Positions 20,037 to 28,794 of a DNA stretch of 64,000 nucleotides are shown piece after piece (position 1 is the first letter of the stretch; every line of letters begins with the position of its first letter). The stretch lies in assembly GCA_964422535.1 (NCBI GenBank), contig CAYRBP010000010.1, positions 791 to 64,790 on the forward strand, in the 5' to 3' direction. Source of the stretch: an uncultured Ardenticatenaceae bacterium. GTDB lineage: Bacteria; Chloroflexota; Anaerolineae; Promineifilales; Promineifilaceae. Position numbers and translations under genes: made by a program. The notes under the pieces are model-generated. The model was not told where the DNA came from and did no database searches. It was given only the letters and a program-made list of their open reading frames with translations.

Positions 20037-20072
20037 CGAAAAGAAAACTCCCCCGGCACAGGCCGGGGGAGT
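20037..20072 (-). terminator. intrinsic terminator after the PA14/SH3b gene
   Basis: An 11-bp stem ACTCCCCCGGC/GCCGGGGGAGT (20047-20072) with a 4-nt loop is followed on the minus strand by TTTTCTTTTC. Confidence 0.8.
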
Positions 20073-20100
20073 TGGGTCAGATGCAAATCGAAATCAGCGG

Positions 20101-21897
20101 CTACCGGGTCAGGACAGGGAGGTTGCCGATCCCGGTGTTGAAGTTCATGTAGAAGGCGCTCATCCACCCCTGGCGGCCGTCGGCCAGGATGCCCTTGACC
20201 CAGGTCGAGGTAGCGTCGCGGCCGATGAGCGGGACGACCGTACCGTTGCGGATCGACGTGAATGCCGGGAAAGCCGTGCTCGGGCCGGTACGGACGTTCA
20301 GGTACGACGAGGTGACCGTTCCGGTGACGCCGGTTGAAGGCGGCGGTGGAGGCGGGGGTGTGGTCGTGCCACCGATGGGCGTCAGACTGCTGACCGGGAC
20401 TGAGGTCGTCGTGTAGCTCGCGTTCACCCAACCGGTACCGCCGTTCGGTGTCACGATCTGGATCCAGGTCGCGGCCTGGTTGCGGAAACCGGTCAATGCC
20501 ACGACCTGGCCCCGGCTAAGCTTGTAGACGACCGGGAACTCGACCCCCGGACCGGAGCGGACGTTCAGGTAGTAGGCGATGACCGTCGCCGTCCCGGGGA
20601 ACTGGCCGCCGGTGCCGCCGTCACTGACCACCTGGTAGGAGACCCGCGCCTCGGCAAGGTTGACGCGCTCGTAGTACTCGACCCGGACATTGGCTGTTCC
20701 GGCCGCCAGGTCGATCTCGCCCGTGAACGTCGCTGCCGGCCGGTCGAACCAGGCATCGATGATCATGCGGTCATTCACCCAGACCCGGACGCCGTCATCC
20801 GTCGTCGCCGAAAAACGGTAGCGCGCGTTGGAGGTGGAGATGGTGGTCGTCCAGCGGGCGGAGAAGTTGTCGGCCTGGATCTGCGGAGCCGGCGAGCCGA
20901 GGCCCCAGTTGTAGTTGATCGCCGCTTCATCACGGGTCACAACGGGAGCGCCGGCAAGGCTGGTGTTGTTGAAGTACTCGGCCCGCCAGGCGCCGGTAGG
21001 CGGGGGCGTGGTGCCGCCGCTGATGCGTACAGCCTCGAGCTTGACCTGCGCGCGCTCGGTCGCCTCGAAGTATTCCAGCCGCATGGCCGTCTGGCCGCCC
21101 GGGAGGTCGACGTCCACGACGTATGTTGTGGCGCTCTGTACCTTCCACTGGTCCAGGACCATCGTGTTGTTCACCCACAGCCGAACGCCGTCATCCGACA
21201 CGACCGTGAATCGATATTTGCCCGCCTCCAGAGTGGACGTGCGGTTCCAACGGGCGGAGAAGTTGTCCGTCTGAACGCCGGAACCAGGCGAGCCAAAACC
21301 CCAGTTGAAGTTAATGTTCGCGCTGTCGGCCACCAGAACGGGCGTGCCGGCGAGTGTGGTGTTGTTGAAGAACTCCCCGCGCCAGGCATTGGTCGGCGGC
21401 GGGGGCGGGGCCGACACGATGGCATAGCTCATCTTGGCGACAGCGCTGCCACCCGCCTCGTAGTACTGGACCTGGATGGTGTGCGTTCCGGCACCGAGAT
21501 AGACGTCGGCCGTAACCGTGCGGACCTGGCTATCGAACCACTGATCAATGATGACCGTGTTGTTGACCCAGACGCGCATGCCGTCGTCCATCGTGGCGGT
21601 GAACCGATAGGTGCCCGCCGCCAGGCTGACCGTCTGACGCCACTGCGCCGAGAAATTGTCGCTGAGGACCTGAGCGGCCGGGGAACCGCTGCCCCAGTCC
21701 CAGTTGATACTGTCTTCCTGGCGGACGAGGACCGGCTCCCCGGACAGGGTGCGGTTGTTCCAGTACTTGGCTTCCCACGGGCTGCCCTGGGCCGCCGCGC
21801 GCGATGAGCTGACACTCAGGCCGGCCAGCACAAGCACCGCCAATAAGGCAACGGACAGGTACGACTGTAGCCTGCTGTTCTCAAACCACCTTTTCAT
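20101..21897 (-). CDS. secreted protein with three tandem PA14 domains and two SH3b domains
   Basis: The ATG at 21897 has a GAAGGAG RBS 8 nt upstream. The signal peptide is MKRWFENSRLQSYLSVALLAVLVLAGLSVSSSRAAAQ. Three ~130-aa repeats follow (W..EY[WF]NN..L.G.PV......IN..WG.GSP......DNFSA.W...........YRF....DDG.R.WVN). After them come two YLNVR.GP...F modules separated by a poly-Pro linker. Confidence 0.85.
   Translation of the reverse strand: MKRWFENSRLQSYLSVALLAVLVLAGLSVSSSRAAAQGSPWEAKYWNNRTLSGEPVLVRQEDSINWDWGSGSPAAQVLSDNFSAQWRQTVSLAAGTYRFTATMDDGMRVWVNNTVIIDQWFDSQVRTVTADVYLGAGTHTIQVQYYEAGGSAVAKMSYAIVSAPPPPPTNAWRGEFFNNTTLAGTPVLVADSANINFNWGFGSPGSGVQTDNFSARWNRTSTLEAGKYRFTVVSDDGVRLWVNNTMVLDQWKVQSATTYVVDVDLPGGQTAMRLEYFEATERAQVKLEAVRISGGTTPPPTGAWRAEYFNNTSLAGAPVVTRDEAAINYNWGLGSPAPQIQADNFSARWTTTISTSNARYRFSATTDDGVRVWVNDRMIIDAWFDRPAATFTGEIDLAAGTANVRVEYYERVNLAEARVSYQVVSDGGTGGQFPGTATVIAYYLNVRSGPGVEFPVVYKLSRGQVVALTGFRNQAATWIQIVTPNGGTGWVNASYTTTSVPVSSLTPIGGTTTPPPPPPPSTGVTGTVTSSYLNVRTGPSTAFPAFTSIRNGTVVPLIGRDATSTWVKGILADGRQGWMSAFYMNFNTGIGNLPVLTR
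20626..21780 (-). repeat. three tandem intragenic PA14-domain repeats (period about 131 codons)
   Basis: The repeats cover ORF-track aa 58-179, 189-311 and 321-442. They share the motif set listed for the CDS and are joined by Pro-rich linkers (APPPPPT, GGTTPPPT). Confidence 0.75.
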
Positions 21898-22129
21898 TGA
21901 CCTGACTCCTTCGTGACAAAAGCATGCAATGGCTTGTTGGACCGGCAGCACATGCCGCCTGTCCGCGTGACGAGGCTACTTCCTAGACGACTCGCGCGGA
22001 GCCCCGCGGCAGGCCAGGCCTGCACGTGGGCCTACGCCCATCACGCGCACATGACATAAGCCATGATAGTATCCGCGTCACTCTATGTCAAGTGTGCCGG
22101 GCGGCGGGAGGCAGTCGGGCGGTTTGTTT

Positions 22130-24007
22130 TTACGCTACCCCTGGAGAATTTAACACTCGTTCGTCGCCGACACGCCTCGTAACGCGCAGCTCGTCGAGAT
22201 GCTCCAGCAGGGCGATGGCGTATTTGCGACTGGTGCCGAGCAGGTCCCGGACCGTTGCCGCGTTGATCGTCCCGTGGGCCTGAAGGTGGCCGCGGATGAT
22301 GCCAAGCAGCCGGTCATATTCGGCCGCAGCGTAGACGACCTCCTCCGATAGCGGACGCAGTTCGCCCAGATCAACCAGCGCGAAGTAGACTGACTCGCCG
22401 ACCAATGCCTTGCACTCCTTGACGCTTGGTGAATTGACGCCTTTGGCGGCCAGAAAGTTCCGCAACTGATCGATCCCGGCCTGCTGTTCAGCGGAGAATG
22501 TGATCGTGTGCGCGGGAAGCCGCAGGAGAGTGCCCTGTTCGACCAGACGACCTTCATCCTGCAACTGCGCCAGCAAGGGGGCAAAGACAGCGCCGGTGAC
22601 CTGCAGCCGGCTTCGCAGCTCCTCGCGGTCCAGACCGGCGCGCAGCGGGAAGTCCTGATGGTACGCAGCCACCAGCGCTACCGCTCGCTCCTGGAGGGCC
22701 TGCAGCGCGCCCGGGGATGCGACGAGCTTTCCCAGGGCAAGGACCTGTCCGCCCGTGACCAACCCGTCGAGTGCCTGGCGGCCCTCCTGGCTGTTGAGTC
22801 CGGCCTTTTCCAGGAGCGTCACTGCCGGGGACGGGCCAAGCCGGTTCAACGTCTCCAGAAGCAGTTCCTCCGGCGAGCCCTTCTCCAGCGCATTGAATCG
22901 GCCCAGGACATCCTCTCGGAAACGCCGGTGACGCCGGCCTGGAAGCGGGTCCAGGACGCGCCCACCCCCGAGCGTGGAGCCTGGCGAGGGTCGCCGAAGG
23001 ATGAAGCGATCGCCGCGATCGACGGCCACCGGCGCGGCCAGCGCCAGCTGGAGCCAGCCGTTCTCTCCGGGCGGGATATTGTCGCGGCCAATGACGCGGG
23101 CATGGGTGCTGACCTCAGCCGAACCCACGAATAGTTTGACCGCTTCGTTATGCTCCAGGGGGGAGTCGCTGTCCGGGAGGTGGCGGTAGGTGACATCGAT
23201 CAACTGGCTGGACCGGAGCGTGCCGGGCGCTGCGACGACCTGACCGCGGGCCACTTCCGTGTGGTCGATGCCGGTCAGGTTGACCGCCACACGGCTGCCG
23301 GGCAAAGCGACGTCGCGTTTCGTCTTGTGCGTCTGCAGACCGCGGATTCGGCCCTTCAGGCCACCCGGCTGCAGTTCGACATCGTCTCCGACGCGCAGGC
23401 GGCCGCCCGCAAGCGTTCCGGTGACGATGGTGCCGAAGCCTGGCAGGGTGAAAACCCGGTCTACCGGAAGCCGGGGGCGACCGAGGTCAACGGCCGGAGG
23501 GCACTCGCGAAGTGCCTGCAACAGCGTTTCGCGCAGGGCCGACAGGCCCTGTCCCGTTCGCGCAGAAACGGGCACGATGGGGGCTCCTGCAAGCACCGTG
23601 CCGGCCAGGACATCGCTGATCTCCAGTTCGACCAGTTCCAGCCAATCCGGATCGCTGACAAGGTCGATCTTCGTCAGGGCGACGACCCCGCGCTCGACCT
23701 GCAACAGGTCGAGGATCGCCAGATGCTCGCGTGTCTGGGGCATGACGCCCTCATCGGCCGCAATCACGAACAGGGCAAGGTCAATGCCGCCCACGCCCGC
23801 CAGCATATTCTCGATGAAGTCGCGATGGCCCGGCACATCGACCACGCCGACTTCCTGGCCGTCCAGGTTCAGCCAGGCAAAGCCCAGGTCGATGGTCATC
23901 TGCCGGGCCTTCTCTTCGGCCAGGCGGTCGGGATCGATGCCTGTCAGGGCGAGGACGAGCGTCGATTTGCCGTGGTCTACATGGCCGGCGGTGCCGATGA
24001 CGTGCAT
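22130..24007 (-). CDS. selB: selenocysteine-specific translation elongation factor SelB
   Basis: 625 aa. The G-domain reads MHVIGTAGHVDHGKSTLVLALTG, DVPGHRDF and TKIDL. The long C-terminal winged-helix extension ending ...HLDELRVTRRVGDERV is characteristic of bacterial SelB. Confidence 0.9.
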   Translation of the reverse strand: MHVIGTAGHVDHGKSTLVLALTGIDPDRLAEEKARQMTIDLGFAWLNLDGQEVGVVDVPGHRDFIENMLAGVGGIDLALFVIAADEGVMPQTREHLAILDLLQVERGVVALTKIDLVSDPDWLELVELEISDVLAGTVLAGAPIVPVSARTGQGLSALRETLLQALRECPPAVDLGRPRLPVDRVFTLPGFGTIVTGTLAGGRLRVGDDVELQPGGLKGRIRGLQTHKTKRDVALPGSRVAVNLTGIDHTEVARGQVVAAPGTLRSSQLIDVTYRHLPDSDSPLEHNEAVKLFVGSAEVSTHARVIGRDNIPPGENGWLQLALAAPVAVDRGDRFILRRPSPGSTLGGGRVLDPLPGRRHRRFREDVLGRFNALEKGSPEELLLETLNRLGPSPAVTLLEKAGLNSQEGRQALDGLVTGGQVLALGKLVASPGALQALQERAVALVAAYHQDFPLRAGLDREELRSRLQVTGAVFAPLLAQLQDEGRLVEQGTLLRLPAHTITFSAEQQAGIDQLRNFLAAKGVNSPSVKECKALVGESVYFALVDLGELRPLSEEVVYAAAEYDRLLGIIRGHLQAHGTINAATVRDLLGTSRKYAIALLEHLDELRVTRRVGDERVLNSPGVA

Positions 24008-24025
24008 GTCGAGCCGTGCCGGGAT

Positions 24026-25291
24026 CTACTCTTCGCGGACGGGCGTCAACGCCGGCTGGCGTCGCCGGTTCGGGTTCTGGTCGGCGGCCTTCTCCAGTTC
24101 GTCCATCCAGAGCAGGGGCCACTTCTTGATGGCTTCGGACTGAGCCGCGTGGAGACGGAGGATCTGGTCGCGGTCCTGCTGCAGGCGGGCGATGGCATCT
24201 TCCAGGGCCTGCAGTTGTTCCTGCAGTTGGCGCTCGCGCCGGTCAACGATACTCTGGCGCTGGATGAAGTCCGATTCGAAGTTCTTCCACTTCTTGATGT
24301 CCTCCTGGGCGAACTGCTCCCAGCGAGTCTCCATACGTTGCGATTCGACGCGGACGAGTTCCATTGCCTCGCGTTGTTGCTGTTCGAGGTGAGCTCGCAA
24401 CGACTTGAGCGTCTCCAATGCTGTCTTCGAGTCATTGAATTGCGTGTTGAACTTCACCCACTCCTGGGTGAACCGTTGGAGCGTGCTTTCGTGTTCGTCC
24501 ATCGCCCGCTGCCAGGCGGCCAGGCGCTGATTGCGCTCGTGTTCACCGATCTGTACTTGCTCCGTCCAGTCCTTGGTCGAGTCGCGAAGGCCCTGCTGGG
24601 CTTCATTGACGGCCTGTATCGCAGACTGCACCTTCAACAAGTTGTCGTTAAGGATTTCCAGCCGGTTGTTGATCGGCTCCCAGCGTTTGCTGATCTCCAA
24701 CAAGGCCGCCTGGGCCTCGGTGATGTTGCGATTGTTCAGCTTTTCGCGTTCTTCCAGGAATGCGATCGAGCGCTCGATGCTCTCGACCTGCGTGCGTACC
24801 TGAGAGGCGGCGCTGGTTTGCACGCCGATCAGATTGGCCAGGCGGCCGTCTTCAGCCTGCCTCAGCAGCAGGTCCTGTTCGAGCCGGGTGATGGCCGGGA
24901 GTTGTTTGCGGATGTCGGCGATCTCACGGGTGGTCGATTCGTGCTCCACCCGCCGGAGCCGGTCGAGTTCCTTCTCTGACTCGATCCGCCGGCGGTCGTA
25001 TTGCTCGATCATCTTGACAATGTCGTCTTTGAACTGGGCGAGCTGGATGTCGACCTGCGGGATTCGGGCGAGAGCGGACGACAGCTGGCCGACCTGTTTC
25101 TCCAATTCTGCGATACGTTGGTCGCGGCTGGTGACCTCGCGCTCCTGCAAGACACCCCGCTGCTCCACTTCAGCCAGCTTCCTGGCGACTTTGCGGCGTT
25201 CTTCGTCAAGCCAGTCAATGCGCTTGCGTAGCTCATTGAGGTCCTGGTCATGCGAACCGGCCGATGAACGGGTGTTCGAACTATTCGCCAT
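24026..25291 (-). CDS. coiled-coil-rich protein of unknown function (421 aa)
   Basis: The ATG at 25291 has a GGAGA RBS. Almost the whole protein is heptad-like and rich in E/R/Q/L/K. I saw no enzymatic motif, TM helix or signal peptide. It ends 18 nt before the selB start. Confidence 0.75.
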   Translation of the reverse strand: MANSSNTRSSAGSHDQDLNELRKRIDWLDEERRKVARKLAEVEQRGVLQEREVTSRDQRIAELEKQVGQLSSALARIPQVDIQLAQFKDDIVKMIEQYDRRRIESEKELDRLRRVEHESTTREIADIRKQLPAITRLEQDLLLRQAEDGRLANLIGVQTSAASQVRTQVESIERSIAFLEEREKLNNRNITEAQAALLEISKRWEPINNRLEILNDNLLKVQSAIQAVNEAQQGLRDSTKDWTEQVQIGEHERNQRLAAWQRAMDEHESTLQRFTQEWVKFNTQFNDSKTALETLKSLRAHLEQQQREAMELVRVESQRMETRWEQFAQEDIKKWKNFESDFIQRQSIVDRRERQLQEQLQALEDAIARLQQDRDQILRLHAAQSEAIKKWPLLWMDELEKAADQNPNRRRQPALTPVREE

Positions 25292-25377
25292 GCTGTAATC
25301 TCCTTCCGACGCATTATACTTTCCGCACGGGCTGTCCGCCACTTTGCCCGGTTGCCGCGGCGGCTTACAATGGATGG

Positions 25378-26490
25378 ATGCGCATTGGTCTCGACCTTCG
25401 CCTGCCCACCTATCGCATGGGCGGCATCAGCCAGTATGCCATTCACCTGGTGCAAGGACTCGCCGAACTGGCGACAGGCGAAGACGAATTCCTCATTTTC
25501 CACAGCCGCAAGGAGGGCCGGACTTTCTTGCCGGACCACCCGGCGTTCAGCAGGCATGACCTGTGGACACCCTGCCACCATCGCCTTGAGCGCTACGCCC
25601 TGGCGGCTGAGCTGTCGCCTTTCCGGCTGGACGTCTGGCATAGCCCGGACTTCATCCCTCCCGTTGCCGGGGCAAAGCGGCGCGTCATCACCGTCCATGA
25701 CCTGGCCTTCCTGCGCCTGCCGCAATTCCTGACGGACGAGAGTCGCCGCTACTACAACGACCAGATCGGCTGGGCGGTGCGGGTGTCGGACGCGATCGCG
25801 GCCGACAGCAATGCGACTCGATCCGACATCCTTGAACGCCTTGACACAGACCCCGGAAAGGTCAGGACGATCTACCTGGCGGCGAACCCCATTTTTGAAG
25901 CGGACGTGAGCGCGGAATCGGTGGCGGCAACGCTCGCGCGGCACGGCCTCGAAGCCGGCTATATCCTGTGTGTCGGCACGTTGGAGCCGCGGAAAAACAT
26001 CCCGATGCTGCTCCGGGCCTACGCGATGCTGCGTGCCGGCCACGGTGTCACGGTTCCGCTGGTCCTGGCCGGCGCTCGCGGCTGGCTCGATGATGAGATC
26101 TTCACGACCATCCGCGACCTCTCGCTGGAGGCCCATGTCTGCCACTTGGCGGGTCTCAGCGACGCTGACCTGGCCCGTCTCTACCACGGGGCGGGTGTGC
26201 TGGCTGCGCCGTCGACCTACGAGGGCTTCGGCTTGCCGCCGCTCGAGGCGATGCACTGCGGCTGCCCGATCGTCGCCAGTGACGGCGGCTCGCTGCCGGA
26301 GGTTGTCGGGGAAGCCGGCCTGCTGGTCAGTCCCGATAGTCCTGCGGACTGGGCTGTCGCGCTCGCCCGCGTCCTGGACGATCGTGACGAGCGCAACCGG
26401 CTTGTGGCGGCAGGGCGAGTCCAGGCGCGCCGATTCACCTGGCGCCGCACCGCGGAACAGACCCTCGCGCTCTACCGGGGTGATGCCTGA
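25378..26490 (+). CDS. glycosyltransferase family 4 (GT-B)
   Basis: The ATG at 25378 gives MRIGLDLRLPTYRMGGISQY. The C-terminus carries the GT1/GT4 motif STYEGFGLPPLEAMHCGCPIVAS. Confidence 0.85.
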   Translation: MRIGLDLRLPTYRMGGISQYAIHLVQGLAELATGEDEFLIFHSRKEGRTFLPDHPAFSRHDLWTPCHHRLERYALAAELSPFRLDVWHSPDFIPPVAGAKRRVITVHDLAFLRLPQFLTDESRRYYNDQIGWAVRVSDAIAADSNATRSDILERLDTDPGKVRTIYLAANPIFEADVSAESVAATLARHGLEAGYILCVGTLEPRKNIPMLLRAYAMLRAGHGVTVPLVLAGARGWLDDEIFTTIRDLSLEAHVCHLAGLSDADLARLYHGAGVLAAPSTYEGFGLPPLEAMHCGCPIVASDGGSLPEVVGEAGLLVSPDSPADWAVALARVLDDRDERNRLVAAGRVQARRFTWRRTAEQTLALYRGDA

Positions 26491-27719
26491 TGCGTCGCGT
26501 GCTGTTCCTGACGCCGCAGATGCCGTACCCGCCGCACCAGGGGACGAGCCTGCGCAACTGGCATATTCTGCGCGGCGTGGCTCTCCGTGCGGATGTATCG
26601 CTGCTCACCTTCGTGGACGATGGGGTGACTGCGATCCCGGAGCCGATGGCCGCGTGCTGCCGCCGGGTCGATGTCATCCCAGCCCCGGCGCGCACGACCG
26701 GCCAGCGACTGCGCCAGCTGGTGACGCTGGACGAACCGGACCTGGCGCTTCGCCTGGCGAGCAGCGCCTTCGCCGACGCGCTGCGCCGGCGGCTGGCAGG
26801 CGAGCGCGTCGACGTCGTCCAGATCGAAGGGCTGGAAATGGCGCGGTACCTGCCGGTCGTCCGTGAGATGCAGCCTTCGGCCCATGTTGTCCTGGACTGC
26901 CACAACGCGGAAGCGGAACTACAGCGACGGACGTTCGCGACGGATGTCAGCCAGCCCCGGCGATGGTCGGCGGCGGCGTACTCCCGGTTGCAGGCCGGGC
27001 GTCTGGCCGCTTATGAGCGTTGGGCATGCAGGGCGGCCGATGCGGTTGTCGCGGTCAGTGAAGTGGACCGCGAGCACCTCAGGGCGCTTGCGGGCGATGA
27101 CCTGGACGTAGCCGTAATTCCGAACTGCATCGATACCGAAGCGTACGCCGGCGAGCCGGTGCCGGATGATCCCGCGCTGCGCCATGACCTGGTGTTCACC
27201 GGCAAGATGGACTACCGGCCCAACGTGGACGCTGTCCTGTGGTTCGCTGAGACGGTCTGGCCACGTCTGGTCGAGGGGCATCCCGGCCTGACTTGGGCAA
27301 TCGTCGGCCAGAAGCCGCACCCACGATTGGCGAGTCTCGGCCGGCTTCCGGGCGTGCGGCTGACCGGACATGTCGAACGCATCCAGCCCTACCTGGCTGG
27401 GGCGACCGTTTACGTGTCACCACTTCGCATAGGCAGTGGAACACGCCTCAAACTACTAGAAGCCATGGCAACCGGACTGCCGATCGTCTCGACGTCCGTT
27501 GGGGCAGAGGGATTGGAGGCGACGGTGGGACGCGATCTGCTGATCGCCGACACCGCCGAGGAACAGCTCGCGGCCGTCAGCCGGTTGCTGGAAACGCCTG
27601 ACGAGCGCAGGCGGTTGTCGGAACATGCGCGTGTGCTGGCGGCCGCCTATGACTGGCGGCGCGTGATCCCGCGTTTCGCCGCGCTGTATGAGAAGCTGTC
27701 GGGCGGCGAGGTGCGTTAG
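26490..27719 (+). CDS. glycosyltransferase family 4 (PEP-CTERM/EpsH1-associated-type N-terminus)
   Basis: The start overlaps the previous stop (TGATG). It has MRRVLFLTPQMPYPPHQGTSLRNWHIL and SGTRLKLLEAMATGLPIVST. Confidence 0.8.
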   Translation: MRRVLFLTPQMPYPPHQGTSLRNWHILRGVALRADVSLLTFVDDGVTAIPEPMAACCRRVDVIPAPARTTGQRLRQLVTLDEPDLALRLASSAFADALRRRLAGERVDVVQIEGLEMARYLPVVREMQPSAHVVLDCHNAEAELQRRTFATDVSQPRRWSAAAYSRLQAGRLAAYERWACRAADAVVAVSEVDREHLRALAGDDLDVAVIPNCIDTEAYAGEPVPDDPALRHDLVFTGKMDYRPNVDAVLWFAETVWPRLVEGHPGLTWAIVGQKPHPRLASLGRLPGVRLTGHVERIQPYLAGATVYVSPLRIGSGTRLKLLEAMATGLPIVSTSVGAEGLEATVGRDLLIADTAEEQLAAVSRLLETPDERRRLSEHARVLAAAYDWRRVIPRFAALYEKLSGGEVR

Positions 27720-28786
27720 AGAGGGATAGCCGGATCCTTCGGCGCCGTGCTCAGCAGGCGCGGCTCAGCTTCGGTCAGCACGATCAGGTCCTCGATGCGG
27801 ACGCCGCCCCAGCCAGGCAGGTAGATGCCCGGTTCAACCGTCATGACGGCTCCGGCGGGCAACGCCCCCGTATCAGCCTGACGCGAGAAGCGCGGGCTCT
27901 CGTGGATGTCGAGGCCCACCGCGTGGCCCAGTCCGTGGCCGAAGTCGTCCCCGTAGCCGGCGGCCGCGATCACGTCGCGCGCCATGGCGTCGACGTCCTT
28001 GCCCGTCAGGCCGGCTCGAGCGCCGGCCAGGGCTGCTTCCTGGGCGGCCAGGACGATCGCATAGACCGTTCGGAACTGCTCATCAGGTTCCGCACCCAGG
28101 TAGAAGGTCCGTGTCAGGTCGCTCTTGTAACCGTCGACTTCTGCACCGAGGTCAATGATCAGGGCGTCACCTGCCTGCAACCGGCGGTCGCCCGGATGGT
28201 GATGGGGCAGGGCGCTGTTCGGCCCTGAGGCGACGATGATGTCGAAGGCCGGCCGGTCGCCGCCGGCGTCGCGCATGGTCTTCTCCAGCTCCCAGGCGAG
28301 CGCTTTTTCAGTCAGGCCCGGACGTGCCAGCAACGGCACCCGAGCGACCGTTAAGTCGGTGATGCGCGCCGCGGCGGTGATACGGGCCAGTTCGTCGTCG
28401 GACTTAACCTGTCGCAGTGACTCGGCTGTGTCGCGCAACGGGACCCAGGTGATGCCTTCAAGGCGTTGCAGGGCCTCCAGCTCGGCGATCGTCATGAAGT
28501 TCGCCTCGAAGCCGATCCGCGGATAACGGCCGTTTCCGAGGAAGTCCAACGTGTCGTTCTGCCCGTCCCGATGGCGAAACAGGGTGAAGTCCGGAGCCTG
28601 GCGACCGGCCTGCTCCCAGTAACGGGAGTCGGTTGACAGGATGGCGCTGTCGGGCGTGATGAGCAGCCGCCCGGCTGAACCTGTGAACCCGCTGAGCCAG
28701 CGACGGTTGGTCGCACTGCTGATCAGGACGGCGTCTACATTCCAGTCACCGATGTTTTCGCGTAGCAAGTTGACACGATCAATCAT
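27716..28786 (-). CDS. M24-family Xaa-Pro aminopeptidase/dipeptidase
   Basis: It has a creatinase-like N-domain and the M24B metal ligands (HHPGDR.., DLGAEVDGYKSD, HGLGHAVGLDIHESP, EPGIY). Its start lies 8 nt after the selD stop. Confidence 0.88.
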   Translation of the reverse strand: MIDRVNLLRENIGDWNVDAVLISSATNRRWLSGFTGSAGRLLITPDSAILSTDSRYWEQAGRQAPDFTLFRHRDGQNDTLDFLGNGRYPRIGFEANFMTIAELEALQRLEGITWVPLRDTAESLRQVKSDDELARITAAARITDLTVARVPLLARPGLTEKALAWELEKTMRDAGGDRPAFDIIVASGPNSALPHHHPGDRRLQAGDALIIDLGAEVDGYKSDLTRTFYLGAEPDEQFRTVYAIVLAAQEAALAGARAGLTGKDVDAMARDVIAAAGYGDDFGHGLGHAVGLDIHESPRFSRQADTGALPAGAVMTVEPGIYLPGWGGVRIEDLIVLTEAEPRLLSTAPKDPAIPL

Positions 28787-28794
28787 GAAGTCAC

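Noticed and set aside
21952-22129. Search for tRNA-Sec (selC) or another small RNA in the spacers next to selB and selD (also 29839-29923)
   Set aside because: I could not fold a cloverleaf with a TCA anticodon or a long acceptor stem. These regions look like ordinary promoter or terminator spacers.
23150-24979. 609-aa plus-strand ORF antisense to selB and the coiled-coil gene
   Set aside because: It is the same kind of high-GC antisense artefact. The opposite strand carries clear SelB G-domain motifs and an RBS-supported coiled-coil gene.
25378-27719. The two glycosyltransferases between selB and selD, considered as a possible selenosugar (SenB-like) / selenoneine system
   Set aside because: Both look like ordinary GT4 enzymes. 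One has the PYPP..G N-terminus of PEP-CTERM/EpsH1-associated sugar transferases. They are on the opposite strand from selB and selD, and no EgtB/SenA-like gene is present in the window. A SenB profile search could still test this.
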